64,000 bases of DNA from positions 32,001 to 96,000 of the forward strand of contig JBHLPH010000005.1 of assembly GCA_048939625.1 (NCBI GenBank), written 5' to 3'. Shown here piece by piece: positions 20,694-30,301 of this stretch. Made by a program: the position numbers and the translations under genes. Under the pieces are notes generated by a model that was not told where the DNA came from, ran no database searches, and saw only the letters and a program-made list of their open reading frames with translations. This DNA comes from Promethearchaeota archaeon. GTDB taxonomy: Archaea > Asgardarchaeota > Hermodarchaeia > Hermodarchaeales > Hermodarchaeaceae. How positions within the stretch are numbered: the first letter of the stretch is position 1; the number at the start of each line of letters is the position of its first letter.

Positions 20694-21227
20694 TCAGCGT
20701 GGTAACTTCCACCTCATCATCTCTCGAGCAGCATACCCTGTAAAGCTGGCTGCCAAGATAAAAGGGCTCGCCAGCAGAAGGAAGAAGAAAATACCATCGG
20801 AATAGAGTATTGTAAATACAGTCTGTACCTCTGGCAATATTTTCAACCAATCTGGATAAACACCCCAGTACCATTGCCAGTGGTGAACCAATGAGGACCC
20901 ATAAGCTGGATTCTGATGAAGTAAAGCTATGATGATGAAGTAATTCACTAGGAGAAAAAGAAAAGGACCGATGAATCCTGCTACAACCACATCTTTAGCT
21001 TCAAAGGTGAATATGAAACCAACTAAGAAAGCTAATCCTGCAAAGATAAAAAGATAAAAGAATAAGTCAAAAAACGCAGTCGGGGAAGCAGGATTAAGGA
21101 TATATGTAAATTTAGTTCCAAAAATCGCTAAATGCAACCAATCAATACCCAAGTACACCAAACAAATAACTACAGATATTACCAGAGCGTTACGCCATCT
21201 AACCCTAGTTCTAATATCCTGTGCCAT
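20694..21227 (-). CDS. Uncharacterised 4-TM membrane protein (paralog)
   Basis: Start at MAQDI by alignment with the paralog; shared GIDWLH, KDVVVAGF and HWQWxWGVYPDWL. Confidence 0.85.
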   Translation of the reverse strand: MAQDIRTRVRWRNALVISVVICLVYLGIDWLHLAIFGTKFTYILNPASPTAFFDLFFYLFIFAGLAFLVGFIFTFEAKDVVVAGFIGPFLFLLVNYFIIIALLHQNPAYGSSLVHHWQWYWGVYPDWLKILPEVQTVFTILYSDGIFFFLLLASPFILAASFTGYAAREMMRWKLPR

Positions 21228-21475
21228 AAACGTCAATACCCATTTCACGAATTTATTGGTGTTGAACCCAAAATTAGGAATCCCGTATTAAAGGAATCGG
21301 CTATGCAACTCTAATCTAAAAGAAAGTTAAATACCCAAAAAAAAAGAGTAGACGATTAAAAATCCGTAATGGCTTTTGTTCGGTAATTTTCTTGATTTCT
21401 GTCCACGATAACAACATAGAGAGTATTTAAGGTTGAAGTCTGTAAAGATATCCTATTGGTAGAGGGTGTCTTGTT

Positions 21476-22879
21476 GTGGTTCGATTTAAGAAATCCCAAC
21501 TCTATGCACTCTGGCTAGTTCTCATTTTAGCCCTTTTCTTTACAAATTGGGTTGGACTTCGAGATCGATACCTCACAAATGCGTATCAAACGAATAATGT
21601 CATTCAGATTGCAATGGGCGAACTCGATATTTTAAAACCGGGACTAGAAATGGCATATATCACACCACAAACAGTAAATGTGATTGGGGGACTCACATCC
21701 ATTTCATGGCAAAATACTTCTTACCGGAATTTAAACTGGGAAACGAATCCATTTATCGCATTAACCGTTGGAGATTATGATAGCACTCGGAAGGGTGATG
21801 AAATGGCAGTTCTCTGTCAGAATGGGACCCTGTTCATGGTGTACCGTGGAGTTACTCAATGGGAGACTTCAAGGATTGGAATCCTGCCCGATGAAGCCCC
21901 CGTCTGGACGACCAATATTATGTTTTCTGGACAACTCATTAGTACCACTGATGAACACGAAATCGCCATCGTGGGGCAATACTTCAACTGGTCAACAACC
22001 TTAACTACCGGCCGCATTTTCGTAGCCAGCCGTTTAACAAATTTGACTTGGCAGCTAAGCCAAGTTCACGTAGAATCAACACCCTTACTATGTGGAACCG
22101 CAGGAGATGTGGACGATGCACATGTTGGTCAGGAACTACTTGCAGGTGGAGTAGACACTGGTGTTTTCTACCTGAGTTACAATAATGGGTCCTGGGACGA
22201 AGAACGTCTCATCCAATGGGTTGATCCCATCCGATCAATCGCAGTTGGAGATTTCATGGTTCACCCTTCGGGAAATGAGATCGCCTTAATTCGAGATCAA
22301 GATATCTTCATTTATCGCGAGATAACTGGAGTTTGGACACCCACTACAATTTGGTCCGCACGAATCACGCGAATAAGCATGAATTCAGTTTGTATTGGAG
22401 ATATCGACCCCTTCAGTCCAGGACAAGAAATTCTTGGTGTTGGTACCATCAGTGAAACTAGTCAGTCCGTTCTTGTGGTCTTGAAATATGGTTTACTTTG
22501 GGTTCCAAGTATTCTTTGGAATCTCGGGACACATCCAGTTAGTGTCACTGTTTCGAATTTTGATTTCAATCGGATGGGCACTGAAGTTGTTGTGGCGTAT
22601 ACGCCACAGACAGTTGTGCTTTCTGTACCGAGTACGACGGACCGAACGTTTCGTGCAGGTCAAACTGTGCTAGTGCCGGCCATATTGCTACTTCCAGGCA
22701 CTCTGATTCTTTTTGCTCTAGCTGATTATATGGGTCGCGTTGGCGAAGCGCGTCGTCGAAGACGGTCACTGGAGATGATTGCGAAAGGATATGTTAAATG
22801 TCCCATCTGCAAACGTTTCATACCGAGGGACAAAGCTGATGCTCACAGACGATATCACCGAACTGAGCAGTTTCGGTGA
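21476..22879 (+). CDS. FG-GAP-like beta-propeller membrane protein with C-terminal C2H2 zinc finger
   Basis: Seven GDxD...GxE-type blades, N- and C-terminal hydrophobic helices, CPIC-x11-H-x3-H. Confidence 0.78.
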   Translation: MVRFKKSQLYALWLVLILALFFTNWVGLRDRYLTNAYQTNNVIQIAMGELDILKPGLEMAYITPQTVNVIGGLTSISWQNTSYRNLNWETNPFIALTVGDYDSTRKGDEMAVLCQNGTLFMVYRGVTQWETSRIGILPDEAPVWTTNIMFSGQLISTTDEHEIAIVGQYFNWSTTLTTGRIFVASRLTNLTWQLSQVHVESTPLLCGTAGDVDDAHVGQELLAGGVDTGVFYLSYNNGSWDEERLIQWVDPIRSIAVGDFMVHPSGNEIALIRDQDIFIYREITGVWTPTTIWSARITRISMNSVCIGDIDPFSPGQEILGVGTISETSQSVLVVLKYGLLWVPSILWNLGTHPVSVTVSNFDFNRMGTEVVVAYTPQTVVLSVPSTTDRTFRAGQTVLVPAILLLPGTLILFALADYMGRVGEARRRRRSLEMIAKGYVKCPICKRFIPRDKADAHRRYHRTEQFR

Positions 22880-22885
22880 AATCAG

Positions 22886-23977
22886 CTAGCATTTAAGAAT
22901 ACGACCAGGGAGTTCGTGGAGAACCTGAGTTGCTTCATTGACGATATCATCGATAAGCGAAGCAACAGTAGGGAGATCTTTAATCCGTCCTGTGACTTCG
23001 CCTCCAAACATTAACGCGGTGTCTGTTTTTCGATCCAGTAAATCTACAAATCCGTCCTGTTCCAATTTGAGAATCGCTTTGTTTGATTCCACAGGATCAC
23101 CAAGATAGAATCGTGGAACATCACCAAGAGTTTGTTCTACAAGCATTTCCGCTCGTTGATTCCGGAGAAAACGCATCGGACCAAAAAGCCCTCGACCCAC
23201 TAAGGTTTGTCGTTCCTCATGTGAAACAATAGCATCCTTCCAAATGCCTTCAAAGTCGGCTTCTTGTGTCGCGATAAACCGAGTACCCATTTGGACACCA
23301 ACCGCACCCAAACAAAGAGCCGCTGCTAAGGATGCACCATCACTAAAGCCCCCTGCACCGACAACCAGTGAGTTGACCGCACGAGCCACCGCTGGGATGA
23401 GGACCATTGAGTGGACAGGGTCCCATGAAACATGGGCACCACCTTCATGACCCGATGCAACAATGACATCTGCCCCAGACCTTTCAGCCTTCTTGGCATG
23501 ATATACTGACGGAACCACATGAATCCAAATTAACCCATGTTTCTTAACTTCTGTCCATGGAGCAGGATTGCCTGCAGATGTAATGAGTACCCTGAGTTGT
23601 CGTTCAATGTCAGAATCCGATTTTCGGGCTTCAATGACCTGCTCTACAAACATCTTCGAGGCAAGCACAAATTCAGCAGCCACAGGCACGTTTACACCAA
23701 AGATCCCTCTGGTTGCTTTGGTTCCCTTCGCTACCGCCTCCATTGATTTCTGTAAGAGAACCATGGGGGGATCATCACCAAACAAGCGTTTGGCATCAAC
23801 TGGAGCTGCTTCAGGCAAAAGTGTGGCAGCCATACCAATGCTACTAATCACTCCGAGAGCCCCAGCATTCGCTACAGCGATTGCTAGATCCTCCGTTTTA
23901 TACGGACCCATGCCTCCTTGTAGAATCGGAACTGAAATGCCCAATAAGTCACAGAGTTCGGTATGAAGGGACGACAT
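22886..23977 (-). CDS. Nitronate monooxygenase / FabK-like FMN oxidoreductase
   Basis: PILQGGM, AVANAGALG, GHEGGAH, GAVGVQMGTRF. Confidence 0.9.
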   Translation of the reverse strand: MSSLHTELCDLLGISVPILQGGMGPYKTEDLAIAVANAGALGVISSIGMAATLLPEAAPVDAKRLFGDDPPMVLLQKSMEAVAKGTKATRGIFGVNVPVAAEFVLASKMFVEQVIEARKSDSDIERQLRVLITSAGNPAPWTEVKKHGLIWIHVVPSVYHAKKAERSGADVIVASGHEGGAHVSWDPVHSMVLIPAVARAVNSLVVGAGGFSDGASLAAALCLGAVGVQMGTRFIATQEADFEGIWKDAIVSHEERQTLVGRGLFGPMRFLRNQRAEMLVEQTLGDVPRFYLGDPVESNKAILKLEQDGFVDLLDRKTDTALMFGGEVTGRIKDLPTVASLIDDIVNEATQVLHELPGRILKC

Positions 23978-24036
23978 GGTATAGCATGCCGTCTCGTAGT
24001 GATTTAAGTCTAGACCTAAAGACCATTTGAAGCTGC

Positions 24037-24432
24037 TTATTTCTGCGGAGCGTAGGCGATGACATCGATTTCAATTGCCACACCCTTGGGTAATGCAGCC
24101 ACCCCAATCGTGGTTCGTGCTGGAGGATCGAGATCGAAGTAATTGCCATATGCTTCGTTTACTTCACCGAAATCCGCCATGTTTGTAAGATAAATCGTTG
24201 TGCGAACGATATCGAAAATACTGACCCCTGCTTCGGTCAGAATGGCTTTGATATTCTCCATACACTGTCGAGTCTGAGCCGAAATATCTTCGGTGACAAA
24301 CTCACCAGTTTCGGGATTCACAGGGACCTGCCCAGCAACAAAAAGGAAATCCCCTGCCCGAATAGCCTGGCTATATGGCCCCACAGGTGTTGGGGCTTTA
24401 TTCGTAAAAACTCGTGATTTCTTCGGTGCCAT
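24037..24432 (-). CDS. ridA: RidA family enamine/imine deaminase
   Basis: APTPVGPYSQA, AGQVP, PPARTT, LPKGVAIEID. Confidence 0.93.
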   Translation of the reverse strand: MAPKKSRVFTNKAPTPVGPYSQAIRAGDFLFVAGQVPVNPETGEFVTEDISAQTRQCMENIKAILTEAGVSIFDIVRTTIYLTNMADFGEVNEAYGNYFDLDPPARTTIGVAALPKGVAIEIDVIAYAPQK

Positions 24433-24628
24433 TTCTTCATCTCCAAAAAGGAAGCATACGAGTGGAAACGAATCAATGCTTGTACTTATTATGCTTGTGA
24501 TTTAGGCGACCCGCTCCCTTTCAAAAACCTTGACCGAGTGTAACAGTTAAAAAACAAATACCGACCTGTGGAACTAATCTCTTCCTATCACTAATGGAGT
24601 AGAGAATCGTAACGGATGGAAAAGAACC

Positions 24629-24805
24629 ATGCCGCCAAAAGTAGACGAAGCGAAATGCACTGGTTGTGGCACCTGCGTCGATGTGTGCCCAAGCGAATGC
24701 TTCACCCTCGAAGCTAATAAATCCAAGGTCACCGATCCCGACGCCTGCGTTGAATGCGAGTCCTGTGTTGAAAACTGCCCCGAAGACGCTATTGTCCTTG
24801 AGTAA
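24629..24805 (+). CDS. 2x[4Fe-4S] ferredoxin (58 aa; below ORF-track cut-off)
   Basis: MPPKVDEAKCTGCGTCVDVCP...CVECESCVENCPEDAIVLE, two CxxCxxCxxxCP motifs. Confidence 0.95.
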   Translation: MPPKVDEAKCTGCGTCVDVCPSECFTLEANKSKVTDPDACVECESCVENCPEDAIVLE

Positions 24806-25694
24806 TTGTTCCTAAGATTGGAACTCACCGTGGATAGTTGCGTCTGGTTTACTGGACAACAGGTATCTGAATACTACACTTTTAAGAAGAATAAGTCACG
24901 GCAACATCGAAGTTCTTTATATAACTAACACGGCAAATCTTACAGGTTATCTAGTGTTTGTTTTGCCTGCAACAAGTGGACTAGCCTCCACTTGACTAGC
25001 TGCAACCATGTATGCTTGGTTTCGTGTTGAATATATTGGATTTGTGATTGCAGGTTTGATTTTGGCCTTTGTGCATTAGCCTATTCTTGGTGCCTTATTT
25101 GCTAAACGAGAGTTCTTCTTTCTCCTTTCATTTAATGAATACATGTGGGAGTTGTGTCATTAGTCTATAATCTTAATCGACTGGTGGTCGTTTGGTCTTC
25201 GGTGGTTTGGTAGTTGGATTTGTGGCTTTCTGACTGTCTTACCGTGCATGTTTCCGAGATCCTAATGGGGATTCGTACTAAGCAAAGCTGTGGTTGAATT
25301 CACAGGCACTCCATGAAATGAGTTCGGATTTCATGCAAGTTTACAGATGTCTGATAAATTCGCATTTGAAGGTTACCAAGGATAGGGGTCTTGACCGGTA
25401 TCTGGCGGATGGTTTGTCATTATATCACCATTTGGGGGGTTGCAGGTGTTTTCAGCCAAGAATGGGATAAAAGGTGGTTAAAATCGGGTTTAGGTGGAGA
25501 GAAAAAGCGTAAACGTCATTAATAGGGGTTTGATTAGCCTACGGAGCCCTTTCAACAGTTATTGGAGATTTTAAATGGTTTTTAGTTGTGATCTCGATAT
25601 TATAATTTCGTCGGTCTGAAAAAAGTGAGAGGGGATTTTGGCTTTTGGACAATAATGTCTTGAAGTTTTTCGCCATAAGTAACGTTTTTGGGCT

Positions 25695-27116
25695 ATGAAA
25701 ATCGGTGTTATCTTCATGGCGGGAGTGATTGACCATCCATTGATTCAACTCGTTAATCAGATTGTCGCTAGAACACGTCCCGTTGATGAGCAAGCTAGAA
25801 TTAAGCAGCGATTATTCGACATCGTACTGTATATCAAACGGGTCGAAGGACACGAACTGACCCGTGAAGAAAAGGATTTTATCACGCACCACAAACTGGG
25901 TATGTGGGATTTCGCACCTTCGAAAGAGTTAGCAGAGGGTCTACGAGATCGAATCCGGATTATCGATGAGTATCAAATAGAATCAGCTTTTCGCATTCAT
26001 GAAATGCTTGAATATGGATTTGAAATAACTTCTTCTCGTACCCTTACAACAAGCCAAGTGTCAATTCTACAAGAACTTGTGAAAGACCCAATGATGAACG
26101 TGTCCCAATTAAGCAGACGGTTAGGTAACTCGCGGAATTTCATTACAAAGTCACTCCGCGAAATGGAAGAGCACTTTGCACTTCGTCGGACCTATGTCGC
26201 AAACCGCGGAAAGCTCAAGTTCACTCTTTTCTCCTTATTCTTTCGTACAAAATCATTTAACGAATCAAAAGCTCTTGAATCTTGGGTCCATAAATCAACC
26301 CCTTTATTCCATACAACCTTAGTTTTTGATGTGACTTTCCGGAATGGTATACTTGGGTTTGCTATACCTTCCCAACAACGGGCTCATCGCCTTTTCGAAC
26401 GCCGTGTACGACGGTTAGAACAGCAATATTTCGAGAGAACCCACTTGCACAAAGGTTTGGAACAATATTGGAATATCCGATTTGATAACTACGACTCCAA
26501 TACAGGCCAATGGCTGATACCTTTTGAATTTGAGAATCTGTATGAATTTCAAGCTTCGAACCAAACAAAAAGCGTGGCACTAACATACTGTTCCTATGCG
26601 GATCTAAGAGAAGCGGCCTATTTCGACCACATTGACTTGCTTCTCACACGAGCAAAAATCAATGTGAAAAACACCATTGCAGATATCCAATCTTATCTTT
26701 CCCAATATCATTATAACTTATCTCATAATGCAATTTCTCAACGACTAGCTCGGTTACGCGAGGAAGAGGTCATATTTCCTCATCTATATTTTAGTGGCGC
26801 AGGAATTGAAGAATTCATCGCACTAAGCATAATCTGTAATTCAAAAACTCAGAAAGAGCTGCAATTACTGGCTTCCTATTTTCCACTCTCTTTCACCTAT
26901 ATAACACAACAAGGCATAACGATTTTTGTCAAACGACCTACTGGATGGCGAGAATTTTTCACCAAGTTCATTCATGACCTTCCTTCAGTCTTTGACATCC
27001 AAGAATTAATGGTAGTCTACCAAGAGAGAAATTATGGAAGTGGACTTCGTGATCCAGTATATAATCGTTGGAATGAAAAGCGCCAGTATTGGGAGTTTCG
27101 AGAAACAGAAATTTAA
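25695..27116 (+). CDS. Large double winged-HTH (Lrp/AsnC-like duplicated) regulator
   Basis: HTH ILQELVKDPMMNVSQLSRRLG and a second HTH AISQRLARLREEEVI; probable start at 25716. Confidence 0.75.
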   Translation: MKIGVIFMAGVIDHPLIQLVNQIVARTRPVDEQARIKQRLFDIVLYIKRVEGHELTREEKDFITHHKLGMWDFAPSKELAEGLRDRIRIIDEYQIESAFRIHEMLEYGFEITSSRTLTTSQVSILQELVKDPMMNVSQLSRRLGNSRNFITKSLREMEEHFALRRTYVANRGKLKFTLFSLFFRTKSFNESKALESWVHKSTPLFHTTLVFDVTFRNGILGFAIPSQQRAHRLFERRVRRLEQQYFERTHLHKGLEQYWNIRFDNYDSNTGQWLIPFEFENLYEFQASNQTKSVALTYCSYADLREAAYFDHIDLLLTRAKINVKNTIADIQSYLSQYHYNLSHNAISQRLARLREEEVIFPHLYFSGAGIEEFIALSIICNSKTQKELQLLASYFPLSFTYITQQGITIFVKRPTGWREFFTKFIHDLPSVFDIQELMVVYQERNYGSGLRDPVYNRWNEKRQYWEFRETEI

Positions 27117-27118
27117 TG

Positions 27119-27172
27119 ACACCCAGATGGGGCATTCGTTGGAGGTGAATGCCCTGGTGCATATCTGGGTGT
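27119..27172. other. Two-tier hairpin between convergent genes
   Basis: ACACCCAGAT/ATCTGGGTGT outer stem, GGGCATTC/GAATGCCC inner stem. Confidence 0.65.
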
Positions 27173-27177
27173 GGTGC

Positions 27178-27450
27178 CTAATCGCGGCCAATTATTCTAA
27201 GCTCAACCCCCCGTGTTGGCTCAGATGGCACGATGGTTATGGAATCTGGTTTGGTAACACCAAAATCCCGTGCTAATGCGAGAACGAGGAGATTGCACAC
27301 TGCGGCGAGATGTCGTGAAATTTCACGTTCAGAGAAACGATCTACGCAGAAGTGACGAACTTTACTCTCGGATACCTGGAGTCCTTCTTCGGTGAAGGAT
27401 AAAGTAGGTTCGGTTCTTTGAGGTTCATGGGCGGGAGTGTCGTTCGTCAT
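27178..27450 (-). CDS. Small hypothetical protein (90 aa)
   Basis: ATG start, globular-looking composition, divergent from the second HTH gene. Confidence 0.65.
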   Translation of the reverse strand: MTNDTPAHEPQRTEPTLSFTEEGLQVSESKVRHFCVDRFSEREISRHLAAVCNLLVLALARDFGVTKPDSITIVPSEPTRGVELRIIGRD

Positions 27451-27797
27451 CCAGTATCACAGTCTCATCATGCATTAGGCTAGCTGGAGAAAGAGGAGGG
27501 ATAACAGACCAATATAGAATCTTTCTCCATTACTGACCTCATACCCGATGCTTATAAGACGGAGAAAAGGGCAACCAACGTACCTTATTTTAGAAATCCC
27601 CAATGAAGCAGGCTAGAAACGATTGTGAGGCGCTACTAATCGGGTTTTTTTCGATTTGAAGCGAATTCTTATCGGTTTAGTAGTTGAAAAAAAGAAGCCT
27701 TTAGCGAAAGATGTGACCGGGGCATCCGATTTGAACCATTTTTTCTTTTGAATCCCCACACTTATATTAAAACGAAGAAAATGAGTGGCGAACTGGA

Positions 27798-29198
27798 ATG
27801 GATGACTACAAGAAAGCTCTCCTAGAATGGTGTCAACAGATTATTGAGGCAATTCACGATAAACCGGCTAAAGAAAATCTGGTAAATCTCCTAAACCAAT
27901 TGATTATTTACCAATTTCGTGTTCGAAAACTACCTTTGCCAGATTTCAAACCACTTAAACCAAGCGAATTTGATGCTGAGTCTATTCCCATCTCTCTTGA
28001 AGTTGCTGCGGAAATAGATGCCCGTTTAGAACTCCTTGCTAGTTATCAATTAGGAGAGGCTCAAAGAGTTATAGAACTCCTTATAGCAGGACTACAAGTT
28101 GAGCAGCCTCCTTTATTCAGCTCTAATCAAATAGACTTAATTTCAATGCTTTTTCAGGAACCAGAAATAGGAACTGTGAAGCTAGCAGAGAAACTTGGAG
28201 TAAGCCCACGGACGGTGAACAAACAGAAAACTGTGCTATTCTCCCAATTCGGAATACGGATTGCTGAAATGTTTGATCCCCATCAACTCGGTTTCACCCA
28301 TATTGGGCTGAGGTTTCGAACACATTCACTTCAAGCTTCGCAGGAGCTCAAGGATCGCATATTTCAGGAATCTACTTCATCAGGAGCACTTCCGTTTATC
28401 CAAGGAGTATCCTTTGATATTAACCAACAAGACGGTTTCCTCTCCCTCTATTGCCTAAACCAAGTGAACGCAAGAAAATCGTTGGATGTGCTTATCAAGG
28501 AATTCACAGAGTCATTCTTTGAGGAATATGAGGACTACACAATCCTTGGGTTTTACACAAATGTGAACCTTGACAGTTATGACTATGTTTCGAAATCTTG
28601 GCAAATTATATCGGATTTACGGACGGAAGGTACACGGAGATTCCTTGAAGAGCATGGTCCACAATTCACCCCCCCGAGAGGTTTTATCTATCAAACCAAG
28701 AGGTTTGAATTCAACCAAGCGGATTGGCTCCTCCTTCTCAGTATCTGTCAGGGATTTCTTAAAAGAAAGGAACGGAAAGTCATGCTAGAAGGTTATGGAT
28801 TTCCATTGGCTGAAAAAACAGTTTGGGCTCATGAAAATCGTCTTCGGAAAGCACAGATACTCTTCCCCTATTTAGCGTTTAGCCCCATGTTGTTGACCGA
28901 AATCGTTTGCATCCCAATCAAATGCGAACGAATGACATTTGACTTTCTTCAACAATTCAGCACCCAATTTGCTACGAGTCGCCTTCTCCCAACCAAAGAT
29001 GGAATGATTCTCTTTATTGGAGTCCCCACGTGGGCATCCAGTCTTACACATCAACTCACCCATACCCTTCTCGATATGCCTGGCCTGCAAGATGTCACAG
29101 TTCTCCGATTGAAACGTGATATTCCACAGATTCCTTCAATTCATACGTATCAGCTCTGGAACCCAGCAACCCAAAAATGGAAAATTTCAGATAGGTAG
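27798..29198 (+). CDS. Large double winged-HTH regulator (paralog of 25695-27116)
   Basis: HTH GTVKLAEKLGVSPRTVNK; shared FRTxS, FD..DG, Y/W-D/N-x4-W motifs. Confidence 0.78.
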   Translation: MDDYKKALLEWCQQIIEAIHDKPAKENLVNLLNQLIIYQFRVRKLPLPDFKPLKPSEFDAESIPISLEVAAEIDARLELLASYQLGEAQRVIELLIAGLQVEQPPLFSSNQIDLISMLFQEPEIGTVKLAEKLGVSPRTVNKQKTVLFSQFGIRIAEMFDPHQLGFTHIGLRFRTHSLQASQELKDRIFQESTSSGALPFIQGVSFDINQQDGFLSLYCLNQVNARKSLDVLIKEFTESFFEEYEDYTILGFYTNVNLDSYDYVSKSWQIISDLRTEGTRRFLEEHGPQFTPPRGFIYQTKRFEFNQADWLLLLSICQGFLKRKERKVMLEGYGFPLAEKTVWAHENRLRKAQILFPYLAFSPMLLTEIVCIPIKCERMTFDFLQQFSTQFATSRLLPTKDGMILFIGVPTWASSLTHQLTHTLLDMPGLQDVTVLRLKRDIPQIPSIHTYQLWNPATQKWKISDR

Positions 29199-29466
29199 GT
29201 TCTTTCAGCACACTCAGGTTCACAATCGGATTTTCCTAAAAAATGGTAATGTCGTAATCGGTGACTCATGATTAGCAGCTTCTTTCATTTGGAGCAACGC
29301 AAAACATTACACTGCGACAGGGGTTCTTTAAATACCTCGAAGCGGTCCTCTTAGTGCTTGTAATCAAAAGCCTGCCCTATTACATAATTCAAGCAAAAAG
29401 AAAACGCTAGTTTCTCCGAGGTTCAACCATCTAGCTAGAATGATTGTATTCAATTTCGCTGGAATA

Positions 29467-29844
29467 TCAAATTAATCCTATTAACCAATTCCACCCAAAC
29501 CACACCATGAGAATATTGAAGACAACTCCCACAATGATCAGAAATCTGTCATAGTATCCACGATAGGACCGCAGCCCTGCGAGATTGACCATTAAGAGTA
29601 TGATAGCAAAGATGATATTCAACCAGCCAATCACCGGATTGGGTAACACCAACGACAGGAAGAGCATGATTATGGGAACCAACATGAGCAAAGTGGCAGC
29701 AAATCAGGTTCGCTGTGTCGCTTTCTCACCAGCCATTTCACCCGTTACAAAATCACCGCTAAAGATCCGCAGCACATCTCCTAATAAATAAATGAACATC
29801 AGGCTAATCCATAATGCTGCAAGAATAATACGTACATCTTCTAT
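29467..29844 (-). pseudogene. DUF6326-like membrane protein pseudogene (ATA start, in-frame TGA)
   Basis: GGTGA then ATA-EDVRIILAALWISLMFIYLLGDVLRIFSGDF...TQRT*FAATLLMLVP...; TGA at 29706-29704 is in frame with the track ORF 29467-29691. Family name recalled from memory. Confidence 0.7.
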
Positions 29845-29923
29845 ATTTCAATCACCATAGCTTTTGTAAGAACAGTTTCTTCCTGTACAACTGCTCTCCT
29901 TTTAATATTCAGTGTGTTGAACC

Positions 29924-29951
29924 AAAAAAAGTGGTGCAAAAAAAGCACCAC
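29924..29951 (-). terminator. Hairpin plus T7 terminator
   Basis: Minus strand GTGGTGC-T7-GCACCAC-T7. Confidence 0.65.
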
Positions 29952-30195
29952 ACGATAGCGGGATGGGGCGTCCTAGAACGAGGACATAAAGGAGGAGAGG
30001 GGGAGAGGGGAATGAAAGACACAGGGAAGGAGACCCCATCCTATCGCCGTAGTAGTGTCGTTTTACCTCGTTCGGTGTGTTGTGTGTGGAGAACTGTGTT
30101 CCATGACGAGGTGGAGTTAGGGTTGGAAAGAGTGCTTTCTTCAAGTGAAAGCGCTTGTGTTGTGCTCTATTCCACCTCGGGGAACTCCCGTTATC
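29924..30195 (-). ncRNA. Candidate structured ncRNA 1 (about 270 nt, unknown family)
   Basis: BRE/TATA-like GGAAACGTTTTAAAT at about 30233-30219, stems CGAGGTGGA/TCCACCTCG and CGATAG-GATGGGG/CCCCATC-CTATCG, large C/U-rich loop, terminal hairpin plus T7; ends and strand inferred. Confidence 0.55.
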
Positions 30196-30301
30196 CAACT
30201 GGATATAGGTTATACTGAATTTAAAACGTTTCCTTTTACTGTTGGAGTTTTTTCCGTAAATCAGAGTAGATTCGGAAAAAATGACTGAACAGCATGTTAC
30301 C

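Noticed and set aside
24574-24828. 84-aa minus-strand ORF
   Set aside because: Antisense to the clear ferredoxin at 24629-24805
29704-29706. Selenocysteine or TGA=Trp recoding
   Set aside because: Hydrophobic non-redox context, the start codon is also mutated, and TGA terminates many genes in the window
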